Notes under the pieces: model-generated
What the model was told of the DNA's origin: nothing
Databases searched by the model: none
What the model saw: only the letters and a program-made list of their open reading frames with translations
Shown here: piece by piece, positions 28,520 through 37,881 of the stretch
Layout of the letters: the number at the start of each line of letters is the position of its first letter
How positions within the stretch are numbered: the stretch's first letter is position 1
Made by a program: the position numbers and the translations under genes
Assembly: GCA_963826115.1 (NCBI GenBank)
Contig: CAWGVS010000005.1
Span: 1,344,001 to 1,408,000, forward strand
Direction: 5' to 3'
Source of the DNA: an uncultured Candidatus Rokubacteria bacterium
GTDB taxonomy: Bacteria; Methylomirabilota; Methylomirabilia; Rokubacteriales; DASRDR01
Length of the DNA stretch: 64,000 bases

Positions 28520-28565
28520 CGGCCCCGTCCCGCCACCCGATTGACCGGAAGGCACGGTCTGACCG

Positions 28566-29780
28566 TCAGTGGCCGTAGGGGTCGGCGGCGTCGCGGAGGC
28601 CGTCGCCCATGAAGTTGAAGGCGATGATGACGACGATCACCGGGATCGCCGAGATGAGGAGCCAGGGCGAGATGGCGAGCGCCTGGATGTTCTGGGCCTG
28701 CTGGAGCAGCACCCCCCAGCTGATGGCCGGCGGCCGGAGCCCCAGTCCCAAGAACGAGAGCGACGTCTCGCTGATGATCATTGCCGGGATCGCGAGCGTC
28801 GTCGCCGCGATGATGTGCGACAGGAACGACGGCACCATGTGGCTCAGGATGATGCGGGGCCGGCTACAGCCCGCCAGCTCGGCGGCCATCACGAACTCCT
28901 CCTCGCGGAGGGACAGGAACCGGCCGCGCACCACCCGGGCGAGCTCGGTCCAGCCGATGAGCGAGATGATGATCGTGATGGCCAGGTACACCTGGATCAC
29001 CGACCAGTCGTTCGGGAGCGCGGCCGCCAGCCCCATCCAGAGCGGGATCGTCGGGATGGACCGCACGATCTCGATGACCCGCTGGATCACGGTGTCGATG
29101 ACGCCGCCGTAGTAGCCGGAGATGCCGCCGAGGAGCACCCCCAGCACGAGGGCGATCGCCACGCCGGCGAGGCCGATGACGAGGGACGTGCGGCTCGCGT
29201 ACACGAGGCGCGACCACTGGTCCCGCCCCTGCTCGTCCGTGCCGAGGAGGAACAGCGTCTCCTCCGGCTTCGCGTCCTCCACCCCGATGAGATGGCGGTT
29301 CGCCGGGATGAAGCCGAAGAGGTAGTACTCGAACCCGGGCGTGAAGAACCGCACCCGGATCCGCTTCTCGGGATCCGGCGTGTAGACCCGCTTGAGCGTC
29401 ACGGGATCGCGCACGCCGGTCAGGCCGAACACGTGCGGCGAGAACCGGCCCTCGTCGAACCAGCGGATCCGCTGCGGCGGCAGCAGCGAGCGCTGCGCCT
29501 CCGACGCGGTGGGCGGCGCGTAGGCGAGGAAGTCCGCGAACACGACGCCGAGGTAGAAGAGCGCCACCACGACCGTCGCCACCATGGCGAGCTTGTGGCG
29601 GCGGAAGCGCCACCACATGAGCTGCCACTGGCTCGCGACGGAGATGCGCTCCTCGGCGACTGCGCCGACGGCGAGGTCGAGCCCGACGGCGACGGCGGCG
29701 CCGTCGGCGTCGGAGGAGCCCGCGGCCTCGGCGACCGGCGCCGGCGCGCGGCGGGCGTGAGGGGGCGGCAGCTCGGCTAT
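28566..29780 (-). CDS. ABC transporter permease (OppC-like; start uncertain, possibly ATA 29780)
   Basis: 'ASQWQLMWWRFRRHKLA', 'LGTD.QGRD', EAA loop 'EFVMAAELAG', 'GDGLRDAADP'. Confidence 0.9.
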   Translation of the reverse strand: MAELPPPHARRAPAPVAEAAGSSDADGAAVAVGLDLAVGAVAEERISVASQWQLMWWRFRRHKLAMVATVVVALFYLGVVFADFLAYAPPTASEAQRSLLPPQRIRWFDEGRFSPHVFGLTGVRDPVTLKRVYTPDPEKRIRVRFFTPGFEYYLFGFIPANRHLIGVEDAKPEETLFLLGTDEQGRDQWSRLVYASRTSLVIGLAGVAIALVLGVLLGGISGYYGGVIDTVIQRVIEIVRSIPTIPLWMGLAAALPNDWSVIQVYLAITIIISLIGWTELARVVRGRFLSLREEEFVMAAELAGCSRPRIILSHMVPSFLSHIIAATTLAIPAMIISETSLSFLGLGLRPPAISWGVLLQQAQNIQALAISPWLLISAIPVIVVIIAFNFMGDGLRDAADPYGH

Positions 29781-30769
29781 CGCTTGCCTTCCATGCGGAT
29801 GCGCGGGTCGATCCACAGGAGGAGGAGGTCGGACAGGAAGGTGCCGACGACGGTCAGCACGCCCAGGAGGAGCACGATCGTCCCCGCAAGGAACATGTCC
29901 TGCGCGACCAGGGCCTTCAGGAGCAGCGGGCCGACCGTCGGCAGGCTCAGCACCAGGGACACGATGATGCTGCCCGACACCACGTACGGCAGGAGGTACC
30001 CGATCGTGCTCGCGAACGGGTTCAGCGCGACCCGCACCGGGTACTTCAGGATCACCCGCCGCTCGGGCACGCCGCGGGCCCGCGCCGTCATGACGTACGG
30101 TTTCCGGAGCTCGTCGAGCAGGTTCGCCCGCATGATCCGGATGAGCTGGGCCGTGCCCGCCAGCCCCAGGATCACGGCGGGCAGCGGGAGGTGCTTCAGC
30201 ATGTCCCAGGTCTTGGCGAGGCTCCACGGCGCCTCGACGAACTCGTCCGAGAACAGGCCGCCGATGCTCATGTTGAAGTACCGGAACCCGAGGTACATGA
30301 GGACGAGGGCCAGCATGAAGCTCGGCACCGCGAGGCCGATGAAGCCGATGAACGTCGCCAGGTAGTCCCCCGGCGAGTACTGGCGGACCGCCGAGTAGAT
30401 GCCGATCGGGAGGGCCAGGACCCAGGTCAGGACGATCGCGGCCACCGAGACCACCATGGTGAGCCACAGCCGGTCGCCGATGACCTCGGAGACCGGGCGC
30501 CTCCATTCGAGAGCCATCCCGAACCGGCCCCGCACGACCTGCTTCATCCAGCGGTAGTACTGGACCAGCATGGGCTTGTCGAGCCCGTACTCCTGCCGGA
30601 GCGCGTCGGCCTCCTGCTCGGAGACCGCGCCGCCGGAGGCGGACATCTGGGCGATGTAGGAGGTGATGTAGTCGCCCGGCGGCAGCTGGATGATGACGAA
30701 CGATAGGACGGAGATGGCCCAGATCGTCAGGAGGGCCAGCATGAGCCGCTGGACGAGGTAGGTCAGCAC
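29777..30769 (-). CDS. ABC transporter permease (OppB-like)
   Basis: 'YGLDKP', 'YV.TARARG', 'DPRIR'. Confidence 0.92.
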   Translation of the reverse strand: MLTYLVQRLMLALLTIWAISVLSFVIIQLPPGDYITSYIAQMSASGGAVSEQEADALRQEYGLDKPMLVQYYRWMKQVVRGRFGMALEWRRPVSEVIGDRLWLTMVVSVAAIVLTWVLALPIGIYSAVRQYSPGDYLATFIGFIGLAVPSFMLALVLMYLGFRYFNMSIGGLFSDEFVEAPWSLAKTWDMLKHLPLPAVILGLAGTAQLIRIMRANLLDELRKPYVMTARARGVPERRVILKYPVRVALNPFASTIGYLLPYVVSGSIIVSLVLSLPTVGPLLLKALVAQDMFLAGTIVLLLGVLTVVGTFLSDLLLLWIDPRIRMEGKR

Positions 30770-30804
30770 GAACGCTTCATCTCAGGCTGGCGCCGTCCCG
30801 CGCC

Positions 30805-30840
30805 CGCCCCCCGGACGGCCCCGAGGGCCGCCGGGGGGCG
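30805..30840 (-). terminator. GC-rich hairpin between SBP and permease (mRNA stabilising or attenuating)
   Basis: CGCCCCCCGG-A-CGGCCC-CGA-GGGCCG-CCGGGGGGCG inverted repeat. Confidence 0.5.
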
Positions 30841-30862
30841 AGACGGGGGGGCGCCTCGACCC

Positions 30863-32962
30863 CTACGCCTTGAAGTAGTACGTCGAGGGCTGCGAGGTGC
30901 CGGGCGTCCGGCAGTGCTGCGCGTTGATCTGCCGCGACGCCATGTTCCCCATCTTCCGGCTCGAGATTCGGACGCCCATCGTCGCCGGGGACTGGCCGAC
31001 GGTTCCGATCGAGTACTGCCCGTCGATCATGATCTTGAAGATCTCCTGGGCGATCTTGGCCCGCTCCGGGGCCTTCTTGCCGTTGGCCGACCGGAACATG
31101 TCCATCGCCTTGAGGAGCGGCGTGTCGTCGGGGGCCTTCCCCTGCTTGCCGCCGGAGGCGTACCACACCGCGAGCGGCGTGCCGAGGAGCGACTCGGCGG
31201 GATCCACCGGAATGCCGTGCCGCGGGAACAGGTACAGCTGCTCGGTGCCGTCGTTCGCCCAGATCGCGATCTGGTGCTCGTTCGCCCGGATGCGCGTGAA
31301 GAACAGGCTCCGCTCGACCTCCTTCACGTCCGCCTGGACGCCGATCTTCTTCCACTGCTCCTTGATCATCTCGGCGATCTGCGAGTGGGGAATGAACGCG
31401 CCCGCCGAGGTGAGGAGCTCGACCCGAAGCCGGCCCTTGCCGTCGGTCCGGAGCCGGTACCCTTCCCCGTCCTTCTTCGTGAGCCCGATCTTGTCGAGCA
31501 GCGCGTTCGACTGCTTGACGTCGAGGGTCGACCACTTCTTCCGCCACTCCGGCCCGGGATTGAACGGCGTGGAGTCCGCCGGCGCCACGGAGCCCGGCGT
31601 GCCGATGCCGAGCCAGAACGTCTCGTTCAGCTGGTCCCGGTCGATCCCCATCGACAGCGCGCGCCGGAAGTCCGCCGTGTGGAGCCACTTCGCCATCTCG
31701 GCGTCCGCGTCGTAGGAGTGGTTGACCTGGAGCGTCGCGTCGGAGCCGTTCAACGCCGGGTCGAGTCGCACGTCGTAGCCGACCTTGTCCCGGTTCTCCA
31801 GGAACACCGGGAGCTTGGTCATCGCCGTGTGGCGCTCCTGGAGGTCGTACTGGCCGGCGATGGCCCGGAGGTTCAGCACCTCGAGGTTCTCGGCGACCGT
31901 CATCTGGAGCCGGTCGATGTACGGGAGCTGGTTGCCGGCGGTGTCCACCTCGTAGAAGAACGGGTTCCGTTCCATCGTCCAGGTCGGGTTGTTGATGGGC
32001 GTGACCACCTTCCACGGCGTGAGCACGGGCAGCTCGGGGTTGAGGGTCCAGTCCCAGCGGCTCTTGATGTACGAGAGCCAGCCGTCGAAGTTCGCGGCCT
32101 TCGCCTTCGCGTTGGCCTGGTCCACCCCGATGTACTTCGGGTGGAACTGCTTGATGTAGTGGGCGGGGGCGTAGGCGCCCATCGTCCGCCCCCCCATCTG
32201 CCAGAGGGCCTGCCCGCCACCCATCGCGGTGGACCCGGCGAGGATGTCGAGGAACAGGTAGTTCGGCTCCGGGAACTCGAAGAGGACCGTCGTCTCGTCG
32301 ATCTTCTTCAGGACCCCGGACTTGCCGTTGATCATGAAGTCCGGGTGCGAGACCGGGGTGATGTCCTTGTTCAGGTACATGTCCTCGTACCAGAACACGA
32401 AGTCATCCGCGGTGAAGGGCTTGCCGTCCGACCACTTGTGGCCCTTCCGGAGGTAGAGCGTCACCGACTTCCCGTCGTCGCTGAGGAGCCACTGCCGCGC
32501 GATGCATGGCCGGGGCTGGGTGCCCGTGTATTCCCAGAACAGGAGCTTGTCCGACGACACGATCCGGTTGCCGTTCTCCTGGTCGCCGGGGCCGGTGAAC
32601 CCGCGCCGCCAGGTCCCGCCGTACTTCCCGATCTCGTGGACGGGCTTGATGACGAGCGGCTCCTTGGGGACGCGCTCGGTCACCGGCGGAAGCTTCCCCT
32701 GCTTCACGAGCTCCGCCAGCATCGGCGCCTCGTGGAACTTCGTGGGCCACTTGGCCGGGTCGAGGATCAGCTCCGGACCCTCGAGCTTGCCGATCAGCTG
32801 GGCGCCGAGCTTCGGCGCCGGGGCGCCGGTCCCCTGAGCGCGGGCCACCCCGGGCAGGCCGACGGCGGCCAGGCCCCCTGAAGCGGCGAGGCCCCCCGAG
32901 AGGAGCGCCGCGTCCCGGATGAACTCGCGCCGGCTGACACCATTCCGCTTCTTGGGCATCAC
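30863..32962 (-). CDS. ABC transporter substrate-binding protein, family 5, Tat-exported
   Basis: GAGGAG RBS; twin-arginine 'SRREFI'; 'EAPMLAELV..GKLPPV.ER.P', 'KWSDG.PFTADD', 'GNQLPYID'. Confidence 0.92.
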   Translation of the reverse strand: MMPKKRNGVSRREFIRDAALLSGGLAASGGLAAVGLPGVARAQGTGAPAPKLGAQLIGKLEGPELILDPAKWPTKFHEAPMLAELVKQGKLPPVTERVPKEPLVIKPVHEIGKYGGTWRRGFTGPGDQENGNRIVSSDKLLFWEYTGTQPRPCIARQWLLSDDGKSVTLYLRKGHKWSDGKPFTADDFVFWYEDMYLNKDITPVSHPDFMINGKSGVLKKIDETTVLFEFPEPNYLFLDILAGSTAMGGGQALWQMGGRTMGAYAPAHYIKQFHPKYIGVDQANAKAKAANFDGWLSYIKSRWDWTLNPELPVLTPWKVVTPINNPTWTMERNPFFYEVDTAGNQLPYIDRLQMTVAENLEVLNLRAIAGQYDLQERHTAMTKLPVFLENRDKVGYDVRLDPALNGSDATLQVNHSYDADAEMAKWLHTADFRRALSMGIDRDQLNETFWLGIGTPGSVAPADSTPFNPGPEWRKKWSTLDVKQSNALLDKIGLTKKDGEGYRLRTDGKGRLRVELLTSAGAFIPHSQIAEMIKEQWKKIGVQADVKEVERSLFFTRIRANEHQIAIWANDGTEQLYLFPRHGIPVDPAESLLGTPLAVWYASGGKQGKAPDDTPLLKAMDMFRSANGKKAPERAKIAQEIFKIMIDGQYSIGTVGQSPATMGVRISSRKMGNMASRQINAQHCRTPGTSQPSTYYFKA

Positions 32963-33077
32963 GGACCCTCCTCATTGACGGTCGTGTTCGAAGTACGACG
33001 GGCTCGGGACGACCTGATGGCCCGGAGTCTAGCACGGCGCGGCGACATTTCGCCCCGCCTCCGGACGGCGCGCCGCG

Positions 33078-34079
33078 TCAGACTCGGGTGCCGGCCCGGG
33101 CAGCCTCGCGGGCGCCACGCCCGGCGATCCACCACGGCTGGGCGCACAGCCACCCGAGGAACTCGACGATCGTGTGCGCCGCCAGGTATGACGTGATCCC
33201 GGTCCCGATGTCGAGCATCGGATTGACCTCGACCAGGTCGAAGCCGACGATCCGGGTGTGCTCGGCCAGGGCGCGCAGCGTGTCCCGCAGCTCGGCGTAG
33301 AGGAAGCCGTTCGGCTCGGCGGACACGCAGCCCGGGACCAGCGGCATGTCGAGGACGTCGACGTCGACACTCACGTAGCAGGCGGCGTCGCGAGGAATGC
33401 GGTCGACGAGGCCCCGGGGCGTGACGTCGCGAAACTCCTCCATCGTCACGATGCGGTTCCCGTCCCCCAGCGAGTCGTCCATCATCACCTGGGAGTTCCG
33501 GAGGCTGCGAATCCCGATCTGGCTCAGGCTCCGCACGTGCGCCATCCGCGCGATGTGGCGGAACGGGTGGCTGTTGGTCAGCTCGAGCCCGTGGACGAAT
33601 GGCAGGTAGTCCAGGTGGGCGTCGAAGTGGACGACGTGGAGCGGCTCCCGGTAGGCCCGCACGACCGGATACGTGACGCCGTGGTCGCCCCCCAGGACGA
33701 CCGGCAGGGCGCCCCGGTCGAGGAGCTGGCGGACCATGACCGTCACGTTGTCGAACGTCCCCGCCACGTTGGTGGGCAGGACGTCCGCGTCCCCCACGTC
33801 CACGATCCGGCCGTTGGCGAGCTCGTGCTGGAGGAACTCCCGGCGGAGCGCGGGATCGTAGTAGCCCCGGCCCCGCCCGCCGAAGCGCATCGAGTGCTCC
33901 CGGATCCCGCGCGGGCCGAACCGGGATCCGGGCATGAACGGGGAGCCCTCGTCGCTCGGCACGCCCATCACCGCGATGTCGGCGTCGAGCCGGTCGAGGT
34001 CGGTGGCGATGACCGAGCGGAGGAACGACGGGATCCCGACGAACGGGGCGTTCCAGCGAGGCTCGGCGCCCGGCTGCAT
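33078..34079 (-). CDS. Ureohydrolase (agmatinase/arginase family)
   Basis: 'PG.RFGP..IR', 'GGDH', 'DAHLD', 'SVDVDVLD', 'DLVEVNP'. Confidence 0.9.
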   Translation of the reverse strand: MQPGAEPRWNAPFVGIPSFLRSVIATDLDRLDADIAVMGVPSDEGSPFMPGSRFGPRGIREHSMRFGGRGRGYYDPALRREFLQHELANGRIVDVGDADVLPTNVAGTFDNVTVMVRQLLDRGALPVVLGGDHGVTYPVVRAYREPLHVVHFDAHLDYLPFVHGLELTNSHPFRHIARMAHVRSLSQIGIRSLRNSQVMMDDSLGDGNRIVTMEEFRDVTPRGLVDRIPRDAACYVSVDVDVLDMPLVPGCVSAEPNGFLYAELRDTLRALAEHTRIVGFDLVEVNPMLDIGTGITSYLAAHTIVEFLGWLCAQPWWIAGRGAREAARAGTRV

Positions 34080-34090
34080 CTCGGGAGCGC

Positions 34091-35068
34091 TCAGGCGCCG
34101 ACGCGGGCCGGCGCGCGTCCTCCGGTCCGCTCAGGACTCGCGACGTCGACGCCTTGCCGCGCGAGTACCGCGGCGATGGCGCGTCGCTCCGCCTCGGTCG
34201 CGGGCACGAGCGGCAGGGCCGGCACGCCGCTTCCGATCCCGACCATGGCGCACGCCGCCTTGAGCGCGGGCAGCCAGTGCCCGATCTCGTGGATCGCGCA
34301 GAGGTCGAGGATCGCGGCCTGGAGCCGCGTGCAGGTCGCCGCGTCGCCCCGGGCGGCCGCCGCCCTGAGGTCGACCATCAGACGGGGCGTGACGTTCGCG
34401 AGCCCGGGGACCAGGCCGTCCCCGCCCAGGCGGAGGCTCGCGGCCACGAGGTGCTCGTGGCCCTGGAGGACCCGGAAGTCCGCCCGCGTCGCCTTGACGG
34501 CGAGGAACGCCTGGAACGCGACGAAGTCGCCCGCGGAGTCCTTGATGCCGAGCACCCGGCTGTCGCGGGCGAGGTCGCCCACCAGCGCGGGCGCCAGCAC
34601 CTGGTGGGTGCACTGCGGGATGTTGTAGAGGAGCGCCGGCCGGTCCGCGGCCTCGATGACGGTCTCGATGTGGCGTCGCTGGGCGGTCCCGTCGACGCCG
34701 AAGTAGTAGGGCGACCCCACGACCACCGCGTCGGCGCCCTCGGCCGCGGCCTGGCGCGCCGCCTCCGCCGCCGGCGCCGTCGCCGGCAGCATCACGCCCG
34801 CCAGCACCGGCACCCGCCCCGCCGCCGCCCGGACGAACCGGCGGACGACCAGCCCCCGCTGGCGGGGTGTGAGCCACGCGCCCTCGCCGCAGCCTCCGAG
34901 GACGAAGAGCCCGGTGCACCCCGCCTGGACGACGTGCTCGACCAGGAGGTCGATCGCGCCCTCGTCCACCTCGCGTCCCGCGTCGAGGGGCGAGATGGTC
35001 GGCGGGACGATGCCCGTGAGGGCGCCGTCCCATGCCCAGCGGCGGGGCGGCGTCGTCGACGCCGTCAT
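34091..35068 (-). CDS. Dihydrodipicolinate synthase/N-acetylneuraminate lyase family class I aldolase
   Basis: 'G.CGE', 'PYY', 'LYNIPQ', Schiff-base 'GIKDS', 'G.VPGLAN'. Confidence 0.88.
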   Translation of the reverse strand: MTASTTPPRRWAWDGALTGIVPPTISPLDAGREVDEGAIDLLVEHVVQAGCTGLFVLGGCGEGAWLTPRQRGLVVRRFVRAAAGRVPVLAGVMLPATAPAAEAARQAAAEGADAVVVGSPYYFGVDGTAQRRHIETVIEAADRPALLYNIPQCTHQVLAPALVGDLARDSRVLGIKDSAGDFVAFQAFLAVKATRADFRVLQGHEHLVAASLRLGGDGLVPGLANVTPRLMVDLRAAAARGDAATCTRLQAAILDLCAIHEIGHWLPALKAACAMVGIGSGVPALPLVPATEAERRAIAAVLARQGVDVASPERTGGRAPARVGA

Positions 35069-36438
35069 GCGGAAGCCCGCCCGCCGACGAGCGTCCGGTC
35101 CGGGGTGCCCGCGCCGAGCACCTCCTTCAGCGAGGCCTCGATGATGTCGATCAGCTCGTCGACCTCGGCGGCCGTGATCGTGAGCGGGGGCGCGAGCGCG
35201 AGCATCCAGTGGCTCGCGCGGAGGAGGAGCCCCCGGCGGCGCGCCGCCTCCCGCACCCGGATCCCGAAGTTGACGTCGGCCGGGTACTGCTCGCGGGTCG
35301 ACGGGTCTCGCACGAACTCGACGCCGATCAGGAGCCCCTCGCCCCGGACGTCGCCGATGACGGGGAGCCGCTCCTGCAGCTCGCGGAGGCGCGCCCTCGC
35401 CTGCTCGCCGCGGGCCCGCGAGTTCTCGACGATCCCGTCGTCGAAGATCTGCTTGATGGCCGCGAGGCCGACCGCCGACGCCACCGGGTTCCCGCCGAAC
35501 GTGTGGCCGGCGTGGAACTGGACCTGGTCCACCGCACTCCCGTAGAACACCTGCCCGAGCTTCGTGGTGAGGAGGTTCGCGGACAGGGGCGCGTAGCCGC
35601 CGCTGATCCCCTTCCCCAGGCAGAAGATGTCCGGCCAGGCATTCCAGTGCTCGGCCGCGAAGAGCTTCCCGGTCCGGCCGAAGCCCGTGATGATCTCGTC
35701 GTAGATCAGGACGATGTCGTACCGGTCGCACAGCTCACGGACCTTCGGGAGGTACTCGCGAGGCGGCACAACCACGCCCGCCGAGGTCATGATCGGCTCG
35801 GCGATGAAGCCGGCGATCGTCTCCGGGCCCTCGAGCTGGATGACCTCCTCGAGGAGCCGCGCGTAGGTGGGGCCCAGGGTCTCGGGCCCGCCGGGGAACG
35901 GCGGCCGGTACGGGTCCGGCGTGTGGAGATGGATGAACCCACCGGGGAGCGGCTCGTACGGCGCCCGCCAGCCGGGCCAGCCGCCCGCGGCCAGCGCGTG
36001 GCCCGTCCCGCCGTGGTATGCGCGGTAGTGCGACAGGATCTTGTACTTCGTCGCGTGGCCGGCCTGCTTGTGGTACTGGCGCGCCATCTTGATCGCGGCC
36101 TCGGTCACCTCGGAGCCGCCGGACAGGAGCTTGACCGTCGTGTACTGGGGCGGCGTGATGTCGAGGAGGCGCTTCACGAGCTCGAGCGCCCGGTCGCTGG
36201 TCCCGAGGGTGGGCGCGGCAAGGGCCAGGCGCTCGATCTGCTTCGAGGCGGCCTCGGCGAGGCGCTTGTTGCCGTGCCCCAGGTTGACGCAGAAGGTCCC
36301 GGAGAGCCCGTCGATGAAGCGGCGCCCGTCGACGTCGGTCACGTAGATCCCCCGGCCCTCGGTCAGGATCAGCGGGTTCTCGGCGAACTCCTTCATGGGC
36401 AGGAAGTCGACCATGATGTGACGGGCGAGCTCTTTCAT
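35065..36438 (-). CDS. Class III aminotransferase
   Basis: 'DGLSG..CVNLGHG', 'GSE..E.AIKMARQY', 'DEIITGFGRTG', 'GKGISGGY'. Confidence 0.92.
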   Translation of the reverse strand: MKELARHIMVDFLPMKEFAENPLILTEGRGIYVTDVDGRRFIDGLSGTFCVNLGHGNKRLAEAASKQIERLALAAPTLGTSDRALELVKRLLDITPPQYTTVKLLSGGSEVTEAAIKMARQYHKQAGHATKYKILSHYRAYHGGTGHALAAGGWPGWRAPYEPLPGGFIHLHTPDPYRPPFPGGPETLGPTYARLLEEVIQLEGPETIAGFIAEPIMTSAGVVVPPREYLPKVRELCDRYDIVLIYDEIITGFGRTGKLFAAEHWNAWPDIFCLGKGISGGYAPLSANLLTTKLGQVFYGSAVDQVQFHAGHTFGGNPVASAVGLAAIKQIFDDGIVENSRARGEQARARLRELQERLPVIGDVRGEGLLIGVEFVRDPSTREQYPADVNFGIRVREAARRRGLLLRASHWMLALAPPLTITAAEVDELIDIIEASLKEVLGAGTPDRTLVGGRASA

Positions 36439-36642
36439 CGCGTCTCCCTATGAGGCCAGGACGTGGACGGCGCCGCGCGCCTCGCGCGACGCACCCCTGG
36501 ATTGTACTGACAGGCCCGGCGCGGCGCCAGACGGGGGCGCGCACGGTCGCGGCCACCCGCCGCCGGCTGTGGTACGGTGGACGCACCCGGGAGCCAGAGG
36601 GTCGGCGGCGCACGCCGGGCCGCCCGGGCCAGGAGGAGCGCC

Positions 36643-37827
36643 ATGGCGGACGCGGTGATCGTCTCGACGGCCCGGACTCCCATCGGCAAGGCGTACCGGG
36701 GGGCGTTCAACAACACCCACGGGGCGACCCTGGCAGGGCACGTGATCGAGCACGCGGTGCAGCGCGCGCGCATCGATCCGGCCGAGGTCGAGGACGTGAT
36801 CATCGGGTGCGCGATGCCCGAGGGCGCGACCGGCCACAACATCGCCCGCCAGGCGGCGCTCCGCGCCGGGCTGCCCGTGACCGCGGCCGCGACGACGGTC
36901 AACCGCTTCTGCTCCTCCGGCCTCCAGGCGATCGCGATCGCCGCGCAGCGCGTGGTGGTGGACCGCGTCCCCGTCGCCGTCGCGGGCGGCGTGGAGTCGA
37001 TCAGCCTCGTGCAGAACGAGCACCAGAACCGCTACCGGCTGACCGAGGACTGGCTCCTCGAGCACAAGCCCGAGGTCTACATGTCGATGCTCGAGACCGC
37101 CGAGGTGGTCGCCAAGCGCTACCACGTCACGCGGGAGATGCAGGACCGCTACTCGCTCGAGAGCCAGCGTCGCATGGCGGCCGCCCAGAAGGAGGGCCGC
37201 CTCGACGCGGAGATCGCGCCGCTCAAGAGCGTGAAGATCGTCGTGGACAAGGCCACCGGGGCGTCGCGCGAGGAGTCGACGCTCCTGACGCAGGACGAGG
37301 GAAACCGCCCCGACACCACCGCCGAGGGCTTGGCGGCCCTGAAGCCCGTGGTCAGCGCGGCGGGCACGATCACCGCCGGCAACGCGAGTCAGCTCTCCGA
37401 CGGCGCCTCGGCCTGCGTGGTGATGGACGCGAAGCTGGCGGAGCGGCGCGGCCTCCAGCCGCTCGGCGTCTTCCGCGGCCTCGCCGTCTCGGGCTGCGAG
37501 CCCGACGAGATGGGCATCGGCCCGGTCTTCGCCGTGCCGCGGCTCCTCGAGCGCTTCGGTCTCAAGGTAGACGACATCGACCTCTGGGAGCTGAACGAGG
37601 CCTTCGCCGTCCAGGTCGTGTACTGCCGCGACCGGCTGGGCATCCCGATGGAGCGGCTGAACGTCGACGGCGGCTCGATCGCGATCGGCCACCCCTACGG
37701 CATGAGCGGCGCCCGCATGACGGGCCATGCGCTCATCGAGGGAAAGCGGCGTCGCGCCAGGCGCGTGGTCGTGACCATGTGCATCGGCGGCGGCATGGGG
37801 GCGGCCGGCCTCTTCGAGATCGCGTAG
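36643..37827 (+). CDS. Acetyl-CoA C-acyltransferase (thiolase)
   Basis: AGGAGG RBS; 'NRFCSSG', 'NEAFA', 'GHPYGMSG', 'MCIGGGMG'. Confidence 0.93.
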   Translation: MADAVIVSTARTPIGKAYRGAFNNTHGATLAGHVIEHAVQRARIDPAEVEDVIIGCAMPEGATGHNIARQAALRAGLPVTAAATTVNRFCSSGLQAIAIAAQRVVVDRVPVAVAGGVESISLVQNEHQNRYRLTEDWLLEHKPEVYMSMLETAEVVAKRYHVTREMQDRYSLESQRRMAAAQKEGRLDAEIAPLKSVKIVVDKATGASREESTLLTQDEGNRPDTTAEGLAALKPVVSAAGTITAGNASQLSDGASACVVMDAKLAERRGLQPLGVFRGLAVSGCEPDEMGIGPVFAVPRLLERFGLKVDDIDLWELNEAFAVQVVYCRDRLGIPMERLNVDGGSIAIGHPYGMSGARMTGHALIEGKRRRARRVVVTMCIGGGMGAAGLFEIA

Positions 37828-37881
37828 CCCGGCGCGCCCCCGACGCCCCGCGGGCCCCGGTGTAGAATGCCGCCGGGCGAC

